Shown in pieces: positions 37,874 to 47,254 of a stretch of DNA of 64,000 nt. The notes beneath the pieces were generated by a model. It saw nothing but the letters and a program-made list of their open reading frames with translations. It was not told where the DNA came from and searched no databases. The position numbers and the translations under genes were made by a program. The first letter of the stretch is position 1. Each line of letters opens with the position of its first letter. Source of the stretch: Minisyncoccota bacterium (lineage in GTDB: Bacteria > Patescibacteriota > Minisyncoccia > Phycocordibacterales > Phycocordibacteraceae); the NCBI GenBank assembly GCA_035531495.1, contig DATKSU010000005.1:41984-105983 (forward strand), read 5' to 3'.

Positions 37874-38449
37874 TCAGATATCGGAACCGCGCATCGTCGC
37901 GCTGCTCTCGACCGTGAAATATTGGGTCTTCCCATGCCCGTACGAGATCTGGCCCGAAATGACGATGGTCACGCGCGCCTGCCCGTAATCGCCCTGCCGC
38001 ACTGTCTGCGCGTTATAGGAAGTGAACAGGAGCGACGTGATGTCCACGGACGAATCGGTAAGCGGCGTCGTGGCACCGGTTCTGGAATCGTACTGATCAA
38101 TCCCATTGGTCGTCGAATTCAAGAAATACTTGATGTAGTCCCCTGGCGGATCGGTCGCATCGGAAAACGAGAAATCGGTGCCCGAACAGGTGTTCGTCGT
38201 GCCGAGGCAGTAATCGAAACCCGTGCGAATCGTGCGCGTCATGTCTTCGAGCGCGAAGGAGAGGTTGTTGATGCCGGTCGTGACGGCGTGCGCTTCCCGG
38301 TCCGCGCCAATCATGATGAGGTAGGCGCCGGTCGCAATTGTCATGACGACCGCGAAAAGGCCGACGGCGACCATAAGCTCAATGAGCGTGAAGCCGGAAC
38401 GTACCGGGATGCGGTCATTGGCGAATGTCATGGCGCGGTTCATGGGCAT
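37874..38449 (-). CDS. type IV minor pilin
   Basis: SGFTLIELMVAVGLFAVVM prepilin motif. Confidence 0.75.
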   Translation of the reverse strand: MPMNRAMTFANDRIPVRSGFTLIELMVAVGLFAVVMTIATGAYLIMIGADREAHAVTTGINNLSFALEDMTRTIRTGFDYCLGTTNTCSGTDFSFSDATDPPGDYIKYFLNSTTNGIDQYDSRTGATTPLTDSSVDITSLLFTSYNAQTVRQGDYGQARVTIVISGQISYGHGKTQYFTVESSATMRGSDI

Positions 38450-39177
38450 GAGGCGGCATCGCCGTTAATCTCGCCGGTCGTCGAGACCGACACGTAGCGC
38501 GTCCCGCCCTGTGGCGAGAGGAGCGCGAGACACGCCGAGGTGTAGTACGCCGACCATGCGGGCTGCGAGAAAGTCGTACCGATGCTGATGTAGGGCGTAT
38601 CGTTCGGGCGCGAGAACACGACATCCATGCTTGTCAGGGTCGCCTGAAAGAGCGGGGTGTACCAGCCGTGTTCGCACACCCACGGGATGAGCTGCGACAC
38701 GTGTACGCAGAAATTGCTTATCGTGATGCCGTTGTTGATCATGTAGGGGGACACCTCCTGGTCCGAACCGGCCGTATAGACGCAATCGCCCGGCTTTGCA
38801 TTCGGCGCGTTCGCGCCCAAGGCGAACGGGCCGTAGCAGCTGTTCGTGTCTGGCGCCGGGGACGTATCGGCGAAGAAGATAAACGAGGAGTTCGACGAGG
38901 TATCGAAATGGAGGCCATAGCCGATGTTCGCGTTCGCGCCGAGGCCGCGCGTACCGAGGCCGTAGGTCTCGGCGGAGCGCATCGTGAGGCCGATGTCGTA
39001 CGCGGTATTCGCGAGCGTGAACGAATTGTTGAATGAGCGCTGGTTCGTGAGGACGATGGCTACCATGATGGCGATGATGGCGAGCACGACGAGCATCTCG
39101 ACGAGCGTGAATCCGCGCGCGCGGCCGCGACGTTTCGCTAGCGAGGCCACACCGCGGCGAAAGCGAAGAGGTTCCAT
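38440..39177 (-). CDS. type IV minor pilin
   Basis: RGFTLVEMLVVLAIIAIMVAI prepilin motif. 245 aa. Confidence 0.75.
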   Translation of the reverse strand: MEPLRFRRGVASLAKRRGRARGFTLVEMLVVLAIIAIMVAIVLTNQRSFNNSFTLANTAYDIGLTMRSAETYGLGTRGLGANANIGYGLHFDTSSNSSFIFFADTSPAPDTNSCYGPFALGANAPNAKPGDCVYTAGSDQEVSPYMINNGITISNFCVHVSQLIPWVCEHGWYTPLFQATLTSMDVVFSRPNDTPYISIGTTFSQPAWSAYYTSACLALLSPQGGTRYVSVSTTGEINGDAASCP

Positions 39178-39905
39178 TGTGTGAAGTACGCGAGGAGGAA
39201 GCCGGCGGCGAGGAAAGGCGCGAACGGTACCTCGCTGTTCATTCTAGAGCCCCGAGGCCTGCGCGCCAATAGCAGTATCCCGATGGCGGCGCCGATCCAG
39301 AACGAGAAAACGAAGCCGGTAAGCGCGACAGGTCCCGCGAGAAGCCCGAGGCCGAGCGTAAGCGGCGCATCGGCGAGACCCATCGCCCGCCCGCGGGAGA
39401 TGGCGTGGATGAGCGCGAGGGAGAGCGCAAGGAGCGATGCCGTGAGGAGGACGCTGAGGAACGCGTATCCTGACGGTGCGGCGAGGTATCCCGCGAGGGC
39501 GGCCGCGAGGACGAAGGCGGCGAGGACGGGCGGCGGCAGTATCTGGTGCGCGAAATCGTAGCGGACGAGCGCGAGGAGGAGTGCGAGCGAGACGAGCATG
39601 AGGGCAAGCGCGGGCGAAAGGCCGAGCTTCGCGTACGCGAGCGCGAAGAGCGCGCCGAGGACGAGCTCCGCGACCGGATCGGCGGCGGAGAGCCGGACGC
39701 CGCAGCAGCGGGAGCGGCCGCGAAGCGCGAGGTACGAGACGACGGGGATGAGCGCCGCAGGCGGGAGCGGCGCGCCGCACGCGTCGCAGCGGGAGCGGCC
39801 CGCGAGGAATCCCTCCCCCGTGTAGAGCCGCGCCGCGACGACGCCGATGAAGCTCGCGACGACGACGCCGAGGGCGAAGAGCGCGGCCGCGATGAGGAGC
39901 GTCAT
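39138..39905 (-). CDS. pilD: prepilin peptidase (A24 family)
   Basis: N-terminal Cys pairs (RCDACG; RCCG), polytopic, and a GLADAPLTLGLG active-site region. Confidence 0.9.
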   Translation of the reverse strand: MTLLIAAALFALGVVVASFIGVVAARLYTGEGFLAGRSRCDACGAPLPPAALIPVVSYLALRGRSRCCGVRLSAADPVAELVLGALFALAYAKLGLSPALALMLVSLALLLALVRYDFAHQILPPPVLAAFVLAAALAGYLAAPSGYAFLSVLLTASLLALSLALIHAISRGRAMGLADAPLTLGLGLLAGPVALTGFVFSFWIGAAIGILLLARRPRGSRMNSEVPFAPFLAAGFLLAYFTQWNLFAFAAVWPR

Positions 39906-39963
39906 GGGTGCATGATAGCAAGCTCCCGCCTGGGGCAGGAGCTGCTGCGCCCCGGGACGGGGG

Positions 39964-40407
39964 CTACGGGCACGCGGTTTCGGCGCTCGTCAGCGGGGAC
40001 GGCTCATACTTGCCGACGCTCTCACTGTCGATGCACCACGAGTTCGACGTCGCAGTGAGCTCGGCGGAGACGGCGTACGCCGTCCCGTTCGCGCTCACGT
40101 TGCAGACGATGGAGCCCGGGCCGTTCGCGGCGTCGGCGCTCGCAATCGCCGAATGGATGGTCGGGTCGCTGAACATGTTGTCGGCCGCCGCGCAGTTGCT
40201 TTCCGTCGAGGCGTTCGTCCCATAATGGTAGCCGTTGCCGTCGAAGTAGATTTCAGCTTGGCTGCGGATGGTCGAGAGGTTCGACTGGACCGCCGCATCG
40301 TTGCCCTTCTCTCGGGCCGTATTGAGGGACGCGAGCACGACCGCCGAGAGGATGCCGATGATGGCGATAACGACGAGGAGCTCGATGAGGGTAAAGCCTC
40401 TGCGCAT
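39964..40407 (-). CDS. pilA: type IVa major pilin paralog 1
   Basis: MRRG|FTLIELLVVIAIIGILSAVVLASLNTAREKGNDAAVQSNL with a C-terminal Cys pair. Start moved to the short leader (track ORF begins 162 nt upstream). Confidence 0.85.
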   Translation of the reverse strand: MRRGFTLIELLVVIAIIGILSAVVLASLNTAREKGNDAAVQSNLSTIRSQAEIYFDGNGYHYGTNASTESNCAAADNMFSDPTIHSAIASADAANGPGSIVCNVSANGTAYAVSAELTATSNSWCIDSESVGKYEPSPLTSAETACP

Positions 40408-40481
40408 GGTGCCGCCTATCATAGCAGATGAAACGAACACGCCCCGAGGACGGGGCGTGTTCGAGAACGATACAGAGCGTC

Positions 40482-40955
40482 TTAAGGGCACGTGGTGATA
40501 GCGGATGCCGGGAAGGTTCCATTGGTTCCGGACTCGAGTTTCGACGCGCCGGTCGAATCCGTGCACCACCAGGTATTAGCGGCTGCCGTCAGCGCGGCAG
40601 CGACGATGAACGACTGGCCGGCAGAGCCAGTGGCGCAGGCGATGTTGCCCTGGCCGTTATCAGCATAGGCTGACTTCATCGCTTGCAGGATGACCGGATC
40701 TGAGAACATGCTCGCCGCAGCCGTAGTGCAGGCCGCGCCGGTCGACCATGTCAAGGTGCCGAAGCTGTTGCTGTTGTCGCCGTAGTAGATTTCCGCCTGC
40801 GTGCGGACGGTGTTGAGGTCCGATTCGACCGCCGCATCGTTGCCCTTCTGGCGGGCCGTATTGAGGGACGCGAGCACGACCGCCGAGAGGATGCCGATGA
40901 TGGCGATAACGACGAGGAGCTCGATGAGGGTGAAGCCTCGGAAACGATTTTTCAT
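40482..40955 (-). CDS. pilA: type IVa major pilin paralog 2
   Basis: MKNRFRG|FTLIELLVVIAIIGILSAVVLASLNTARQKGNDAAVESDL. The first ~40 mature residues are identical to paralog 1, the C-terminal two thirds diverge. Confidence 0.85.
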   Translation of the reverse strand: MKNRFRGFTLIELLVVIAIIGILSAVVLASLNTARQKGNDAAVESDLNTVRTQAEIYYGDNSNSFGTLTWSTGAACTTAAASMFSDPVILQAMKSAYADNGQGNIACATGSAGQSFIVAAALTAAANTWWCTDSTGASKLESGTNGTFPASAITTCP

Positions 40956-41045
40956 GGTAAATATTGAAGCTCTGTGCATACGGTTAATATCAGAAGTATA
41001 CGGCACTGGCGGGGGTCGCGGGACGGGGTTGTGGATAACCCCGCC

Positions 41046-42251
41046 CTAGATGGCGCTCGCGAGGTTGTAGATAGGCATGAGGACGGCGGCAAGGAGGACA
41101 CCGACGCCGACGCCGAGCATGACGATCATGATGGGTTCGATGAGGCCGACGAGGGTGTCGACCGAGTTCGTCACCTCGCGGCTGTAGAACTTCGCGAGCG
41201 TGGTGAGGATCTTTCCGAGCTCGCCCGTCTCCTCGCCGACGCGCGTCATCGCGACCATGATGCCCGGCATCTCCGGATGCTTGCTCATCGCGCTCGCGAT
41301 GGACGAGCCGCCCTTCACGTCGAGCTCGATGTCTATGAGCGCGGCTGCGTAAGCGGCATTCCCCACCACCGACGCCGATATCTCGAGCGCTTCGATGACC
41401 GAGACGCCGGACATGAGCATCGTGGAGAAGTTGTCGGCGATGCGCGCGAGATAGAGCTTCTTGTAGAGATCGCCGACGTACGGCGTCGAGATCTTCAGCG
41501 TGTCGAGGATGAGCTTGCCGCGCTCGGTCTTGCGCATCTGCCAGAGGTAGAAGCCGAGCGCGATGAGGCCGATGAGGATGAAGATGCCATACTCGACGAG
41601 GAAGTTCGAGAACCCGATGATGATGCGCGTATAGAGCGGCACCTGGGTGCCGGAGTCGATGAGCACGGCGCTGATCTTCGGGATGACGAGGGTGAGCATG
41701 AGCCCCATGACGCCGAAGAAGACGGCGACGACGAAGATCGGATAGATGAGCGCGTTCTCGGCCTTGCTCATGACCTCATAGCTGCGGTCGAGGTAGTCGG
41801 CGAGGTAGACGAACGTCTCCGACAACTTGCCGGATTCCTCGCCCGCGCGGACCATGTTGACATAGAAGACGGAGAAGACTTCCGGGTGGCGCGCGAGCGC
41901 CTTGCTGATGGAGCTGCCGCCCTGGAGGTCGTCTCCCACCACCGAGAGCACGTCGGCGAGGCGCTTGTTCGTCACCTCGGCGGCGAGGAGGCGGAAGACG
42001 CGCAGCGCCGACACCTGCGCTTCGAAGAGGGTCGAGATCTGTCGCGAGAGGATGACGACGTCCTTGTTCGAGACGCGGTTGAGGAACGGGATATCCATTT
42101 GGAGGACGGATCGCTTCTCGCCCGACTCTATCTTCGAGATGATGAGGTTGCGCCGCTGGAGCGCGGAGACGGCGACTTCCTGCGACGGCGCCTCGATGGA
42201 GCCGTCCCGCTCGTGCCCGTCCTGGTCGATGGCGTGGTAGGTGAAGAGCAT
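41046..42251 (-). CDS. pilC: type IV pilus platform protein (GspF family)
   Basis: 401 aa with two GspF repeats and three TM segments. Confidence 0.95.
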   Translation of the reverse strand: MLFTYHAIDQDGHERDGSIEAPSQEVAVSALQRRNLIISKIESGEKRSVLQMDIPFLNRVSNKDVVILSRQISTLFEAQVSALRVFRLLAAEVTNKRLADVLSVVGDDLQGGSSISKALARHPEVFSVFYVNMVRAGEESGKLSETFVYLADYLDRSYEVMSKAENALIYPIFVVAVFFGVMGLMLTLVIPKISAVLIDSGTQVPLYTRIIIGFSNFLVEYGIFILIGLIALGFYLWQMRKTERGKLILDTLKISTPYVGDLYKKLYLARIADNFSTMLMSGVSVIEALEISASVVGNAAYAAALIDIELDVKGGSSIASAMSKHPEMPGIMVAMTRVGEETGELGKILTTLAKFYSREVTNSVDTLVGLIEPIMIVMLGVGVGVLLAAVLMPIYNLASAI

Positions 42252-42280
42252 GCTCGGTTATCGCACGGCGGCCGGCCGGG

Positions 42281-43342
42281 TCATAGGTAGCGCTCGAAGG
42301 TCTTCGGGTCCATCGCGTGCTCGTACGCGTGCTCGACCGTTACCTCCCCGCGCCGCACGAAGTCCGCGAGGAGGCGATCCATGCTGATCATGCCATCCTG
42401 GGAACCCGTCTGGATGACGGAGGCGATCTCGTGCGTCTGCTTCTCGCGGATGAGGTTCGCCACGGCGTTGTTATTGATGAGAAGCTCGTATGCGGGGATG
42501 AGCCCGCCCGAGATGCGCGGAATGAGCCGCTGGGAGAAGACGCCGGCGAGAGACCCCGAGAGCTGCACGCGCACCTGGTCCTGCTGCTCGGCCGGGAACA
42601 TGTCGATGATGCGGTCGATCGTCTGCGCCGCGTTATTCGTGTGGAGCGTGGAGAAGACGAGGTGGCCAGTCTCGGCGGCCGTCACGGCGGCCGAGATGGT
42701 CTCGTGGTCGCGCATCTCGCCGACCATGATGACGTCGACATCCTCGCGGAAAGCGCCCTGGAGCGCCGTATGGAAGTCCGGCGTATCGATATGCACTTCG
42801 CGCTGGTGGACGAGCGATTTCTTCGGCATGAACAGGTACTCGACCGGGTCTTCGATCGTGAGGATATGCTGCGCTTCGACCTCGTTGATGTGCTCGAGCA
42901 TCGAAGCGAGCGTCGTCGACTTCCCTTGCCCGACGGGACCGACGACGAGGAAGAATCCCTGCGCGCGCTGCGTGAACGTCTCGAGGATTGGCGGCAGGTT
43001 AAGCTCGGCAAGCGTCGCGATCTTGTTCGGGATAAGCCGGGAGGCCATCGCAATCGTGCCTTGCGTGCGATAGCCGTTGATACGGAACCGCGAGTCCTCA
43101 TGGTGCGCGTACGAGAGGTCGACGGCCTGGTCCTTCTCGAACGTCTCCCAGCGACCTTCCGGCACGATTGAACGCAACATCACTTCGGTGTCTGCGGCCG
43201 TGAACGCTTGGTATCGCGTGAGCGGCACGAGCTCGCCTGAGACGCGGATGACCGGCGACCCGCCCGCGAAGATATGCAAGTCGGAGCCGCCTTGGGCGAT
43301 GACGAGGTCGAAGAGCTCCTTGAGGCGCTTGTCGATCGTCAT
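42281..43342 (-). CDS. pilT: twitching-motility retraction ATPase
   Basis: Walker A GPVGQGKST; Asp/His boxes. Start moved to MTIDKRL; 94 Arg/Ser-rich residues upstream are removed. Confidence 0.9.
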   Translation of the reverse strand: MTIDKRLKELFDLVIAQGGSDLHIFAGGSPVIRVSGELVPLTRYQAFTAADTEVMLRSIVPEGRWETFEKDQAVDLSYAHHEDSRFRINGYRTQGTIAMASRLIPNKIATLAELNLPPILETFTQRAQGFFLVVGPVGQGKSTTLASMLEHINEVEAQHILTIEDPVEYLFMPKKSLVHQREVHIDTPDFHTALQGAFREDVDVIMVGEMRDHETISAAVTAAETGHLVFSTLHTNNAAQTIDRIIDMFPAEQQDQVRVQLSGSLAGVFSQRLIPRISGGLIPAYELLINNNAVANLIREKQTHEIASVIQTGSQDGMISMDRLLADFVRRGEVTVEHAYEHAMDPKTFERYL

Positions 43343-43343
43343 G

Positions 43344-43742
43344 TTAGCTCGACGCGGGCTTCCCGCCCTCGATGATGCGCACGACTTCAGCGAGGACTTC
43401 CGACGGGATGGCCGAGGCCTTGATGATGTATCCGTCGGCCTTGAGCTGCTTCGCCTTCTCGATGTCGGAATCCTGTCCTTGGTTCGAGAGGATGATGATC
43501 TTGCTGTCCGACGCGAGCTTCTCCTTGCGGATCGTCTGCAGCGCTTCGAAGCCGTCGATGCCCGGCATAATGAGGTCGAGCAGGATAGCGTCCGGGGCCG
43601 GCACCCCGCCTTTCCGGAGCGCATCGAGAAGCTTCTCTCCGCCGTCGAACACGTTCACCTCATGTCCCGCGCTCCTGAACTTGACCGCGTACAGGTCGAG
43701 CAGGAATCGGTCATCGTCGACGAGGTACACGCGATAGGCCAT
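43344..43742 (-). CDS. CheY-like single-domain response regulator (PilH-like)
   Basis: LVDDD...D(ILLDLIMP)...K. 132 aa, between pilB and pilT. Confidence 0.85.
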   Translation of the reverse strand: MAYRVYLVDDDRFLLDLYAVKFRSAGHEVNVFDGGEKLLDALRKGGVPAPDAILLDLIMPGIDGFEALQTIRKEKLASDSKIIILSNQGQDSDIEKAKQLKADGYIIKASAIPSEVLAEVVRIIEGGKPASS

Positions 43743-43756
43743 TGCTAGCCAGTATA

Positions 43757-45544
43757 CTATGCCGCGCCGTCAATATCTTCCGGCTCGGGGAAAAGCTCGC
43801 CGCCGAGCGTATTCACCTCTTCGAACGGGATGGCGCCGGCGAGCGCTTTCACTATCGCGTCTTCGCGCATCGTGCGCATGCCGCCCGCGCGGGCCGCGGC
43901 ATAGATGTTCTCCTCCGTCGGCTGCTTGAGTACGGCTTCCTCGAGCGGTTTGTTCATCTGCAGTATCTCGAAGACGCCTGTGCGGCCGCGCGTCCCGTCC
44001 GCGCACTCCGCCGTCGGCTTCGCATGATAAAAATTCTTGAACGGCGGGAGCTTCGCGCGGTATTTCTCCGGCAAATCCTCGAACTCCTGGTCGAGGAGCC
44101 CTTTGAGGCTCTCGGAAACGGGGAACGGCTCACCCGCGCCGTCGCACAGCTTCCGGACGAGACGCTGGCCGATGACGGCGACCAAGGTCGGCGCGATGAG
44201 GAACGGGTCGACGCGCATGTCGATGAGGCGCGGAATGGCGCCCGCGGCCGTGTTCGTGTGGATGGTCGAGAAGACGAGGTGGCCCGTAAGCGCGGCTTGC
44301 ACGGCGAGCGCTGCGGTCTCCTTGTCGCGAATCTCGCCGACCATGATGACGTCCGGATCCTGGCGCAGGATGCTGCGGAGTCCGTTCGCGAACGTGTAGC
44401 CGATTTCCGGCCGCACCTGGCTCTGCGAGACGCCGGGCACTTCGTATTCGACCGGATCCTCGAGCGAAACGACGTTCGACGTCTCGCGGTCGAGCTCGGA
44501 CATCATGGCGAAGAGGGACGTCGACTTGCCGGAACCCGTCGGCCCGGCGATGAGGATGATGCCGTACGGGACCTTCATGACCTCGCGGACGACCTTGAGC
44601 TGCGCCTCGTCGAACCCGACCGACTCGAGGGTTGCGGTGGCGGCCGACTGGTCGAGGATGCGCATCACGACCTTCTCGCCGTACTGCGTCGGGAAGGTGG
44701 AGACGCGGAAGTCGATGCGGCGCTTGTCGACCGTCGCCGAGAAGCGGCCGTCCTGCGGCTTGCGCTTCTCGTCGAGGCGCAGGCGCGCGAGGATCTTGAT
44801 GCGCGCGACGACCGCCTCGTGAACCTTGCTCGGCAGCTCGAGTGACGTGTGGAGGTCGCCATCGACGCGGAAGCGGACGCGTGTCTTCTTCGGCGTCGGC
44901 TCGACGTGGATGTCGGAAGAGTGCCCTTCGATGGCATACCGCAAGATGGTGGAGACGATCTTCGTCACCGGCGCATCCTCCTTGAGCGCTTCGGAATGGC
45001 CCGAAAGGTCGAGTGATTCGGCGCCCGTCGCGGCTTCATCGGCTGGCGCCGGGGTCCCGGAAACGTTCGCCGACGGCTTCGTCGTCGTCTCGTACTCTGA
45101 GAGCGCCTTGCCGACTTCGCCTGAGAGATTCTGGTACGCCTCGATGACGCGATCGAAATCCTGCTTCGTAATGAGGAAGACCTTATACGGGATGGATGAT
45201 TCTCCCGAGATGAATTGCAGCGCATCGAGCGCTTCGATGTTGTCGGGATCGACGATGCCGACCTCGAGAGCTCCGTCGGCCATGTCGAGGGGCACGATGC
45301 CGTAATGGCGTGCCGAATCGACCGGGATATAGCTGAACGTCTCTTCGTCGGCCGGCGAATCGCCGAGGATGCGCGTCGGCAGACCGTACTCCTTCCCCGC
45401 TTCCGCGAGCGCGTCGGGGAGCGAGATACCCTGTTCGGACAGCGCCTCCTCGAGCGGCCGCTTCTTCGCGAGCTCCGCTTCGACCGTCGCGCGGCCTTGC
45501 GCCGAGAGCATGCCCTTGTCGACGAGTAGTGCGAGGAGATTCAT
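43757..45544 (-). CDS. pilB: type IV pilus assembly ATPase (GspE family)
   Basis: Walker A GPTGSGKST plus a tetracysteine-region equivalent. 595 aa. Confidence 0.95.
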   Translation of the reverse strand: MNLLALLVDKGMLSAQGRATVEAELAKKRPLEEALSEQGISLPDALAEAGKEYGLPTRILGDSPADEETFSYIPVDSARHYGIVPLDMADGALEVGIVDPDNIEALDALQFISGESSIPYKVFLITKQDFDRVIEAYQNLSGEVGKALSEYETTTKPSANVSGTPAPADEAATGAESLDLSGHSEALKEDAPVTKIVSTILRYAIEGHSSDIHVEPTPKKTRVRFRVDGDLHTSLELPSKVHEAVVARIKILARLRLDEKRKPQDGRFSATVDKRRIDFRVSTFPTQYGEKVVMRILDQSAATATLESVGFDEAQLKVVREVMKVPYGIILIAGPTGSGKSTSLFAMMSELDRETSNVVSLEDPVEYEVPGVSQSQVRPEIGYTFANGLRSILRQDPDVIMVGEIRDKETAALAVQAALTGHLVFSTIHTNTAAGAIPRLIDMRVDPFLIAPTLVAVIGQRLVRKLCDGAGEPFPVSESLKGLLDQEFEDLPEKYRAKLPPFKNFYHAKPTAECADGTRGRTGVFEILQMNKPLEEAVLKQPTEENIYAAARAGGMRTMREDAIVKALAGAIPFEEVNTLGGELFPEPEDIDGAA

Positions 45545-45666
45545 TCGAACGGGGGCCGACCGCGTTCAAGCGGCCTGCACAGTGCGCGAATAATCGATGC
45601 CGATGCGGTCGTGCATACTGTCATTATCGTACCATGGCGAACGCCACGCCACGGCGGCTGTCGTGA

Positions 45667-45972
45667 TTATTTTCCGCCGACGCCGCTGATGGGCGCGAAC
45701 GGATCGGGTCGGCCGGAGACCTCCGGCGTCACTGGCGTCGCGATATCCACGAGCGCGGCGAACCGCGGATCGGTGAAGATGCTCGTGTTGAACGAAATCG
45801 ATTGGAGCTCGCTCGCGAGGGTCTGGAACTGCTGCTGCGCGACGGTCGAGGTCGCGTTACTCGAGCTCAGCGAGCCCTGGCTGCTATTGCCGCCGAAGAA
45901 ATACCAGTAGGTACCGCCAATGGCGGCGAACGTGACGAGGATCGTGGCGATGGTGTTGAAGTTCATTTTCAT
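45667..45972 (-). CDS. small membrane-anchored protein in PilP-like position, hypothetical
   Basis: 101 aa with an N-terminal TM helix, between pilO and pilB. Confidence 0.35.
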   Translation of the reverse strand: MKMNFNTIATILVTFAAIGGTYWYFFGGNSSQGSLSSSNATSTVAQQQFQTLASELQSISFNTSIFTDPRFAALVDIATPVTPEVSGRPDPFAPISGVGGK

Positions 45973-45990
45973 ACGTGCGTATCGTCGCTA

Positions 45991-46551
45991 TCACCGGAGC
46001 CAGTACAGGCGCAGGCTCATCTGGTAAATGTAAATCCCGGTATCGGAGCCCTTCACGGAAAGCTGTCGGACATCGAGGAGCCGTTCGCTCAACTCGACGC
46101 CGCGGAGGAACTTCTGAAACGCCGCGTACGATCCCGTCGCGGAGACGACCAGGTCGACTGACCCGATGCCGCCGGTACCACCCGTCGAGAGGCCTGCCGG
46201 CGCGCCCGCGGACGCGGAACTCGCCGCCGGCGCCGAGACGTTCACGTTCGAGAGCGTGAGGCCGGAGCGGGCGGCGAGCGCATCAAGGTCGAGGATGATG
46301 CTCACGTTATCGACTGAATCCGGCAGGAGCGTCGTGAGCCGCGCGATGTCCGCGGGGTTCATGGCGTCGCGTTCCGACACGAGCTGGCTCTCTTCGGTCG
46401 CGTAGGCCTGCGCCGCCGCGAGCGCTTGATCGTCGCTCGCGATCGCGTTCTTCGTGCCGGCGATGCTCCCGTTCCACGTCGGACCGACGTACCCCACGAA
46501 GAGGGCGATGGCGGCTATGACTGAGATCAGCGGATAGATGCGGCTCATCAT
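45991..46551 (-). CDS. pilO: PilO-like pilus assembly protein
   Basis: N-terminal anchor plus a periplasmic-type domain. Overlaps pilN by 4 nt. Confidence 0.6.
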   Translation of the reverse strand: MMSRIYPLISVIAAIALFVGYVGPTWNGSIAGTKNAIASDDQALAAAQAYATEESQLVSERDAMNPADIARLTTLLPDSVDNVSIILDLDALAARSGLTLSNVNVSAPAASSASAGAPAGLSTGGTGGIGSVDLVVSATGSYAAFQKFLRGVELSERLLDVRQLSVKGSDTGIYIYQMSLRLYWLR

Positions 46552-47180
46552 GGCAATGTCGTCGTCGCGGCCGGCGTCGCGGCCGGCGTCGCGGAAGACG
46601 GCGAGAAGGCGACAAGCTTCGGATCAAGCGCCGCCGCGAGCGCGAACGAGACGGAACCGTCTTGGGGATTGACCGCGATGTCCGAGAAGATGGCGTCTTT
46701 AATCCGCCCGTCCGCCGCGAGCGCCGACGATACCGCCGCGAGCGAATTGAAATCTTTCGCGATGCCGGCGCCCGTCACGCTGACGGCTCCCTTATCGTCA
46801 GTGGCGACGCTCAGCTCCGAGATGCGGACAGAGACGGGGAGCTGCGCGTCGAGATCGTCGAAGAAGCCGGAAAGCGCGATATGGTTCGCGAGCAGCTGTT
46901 CGCCTGCCTTGAGGCGGTCGCTCAACCGCAGGAAGCTCTCGACTTTCGCCGAGTCTATCGATGCCCGAGCGTTCGCGAGCTGGACATCCTTCCCGGCAAG
47001 CACGGAATCGAGTATGTGCCCATAGATGAATAAGCCGATTGCAATCGCGAGGACGACGCCGATAGCTCCGTACGCGACGAACCCGAGCGCGCTGCCCAAG
47101 TCGCTCGTATTGAACCGGCGCCGAGACGTCGAATCGGGTCTCGGGACGAATGAGGTCGGGATGTTGGGAATGAGTGCCAC
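46548..47180 (-). CDS. pilN: PilN-like pilus assembly protein
   Basis: Single TM (LGFVAYGAIGVVLAIAIGLFIY) with a coiled-coil periplasmic part. Follows pilM. Confidence 0.6.
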   Translation of the reverse strand: MALIPNIPTSFVPRPDSTSRRRFNTSDLGSALGFVAYGAIGVVLAIAIGLFIYGHILDSVLAGKDVQLANARASIDSAKVESFLRLSDRLKAGEQLLANHIALSGFFDDLDAQLPVSVRISELSVATDDKGAVSVTGAGIAKDFNSLAAVSSALAADGRIKDAIFSDIAVNPQDGSVSFALAAALDPKLVAFSPSSATPAATPAATTTLP

Positions 47181-47254
47181 TGGGCGTCAGTATACCGCGC
47201 AGGGAACGGCGCGCGGCGCGGCGTTCAGTCGCGTCTGGGGACAAACGCGCGCAT

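Noticed and set aside
40268-40962. Repeated ~130-bp block, considered briefly as a CRISPR-like or IS-like repeat
   Set aside because: There are only two copies and both encode the conserved N-terminal domain of tandem pilin genes. No spacers, no cas genes, no transposase.
40974-44845. Long + ORFs (40974..42290, 42317..43171, 43742..44845) across pilC, pilT and pilB
   Set aside because: They are antisense to strongly supported pilus ATPase and platform genes.
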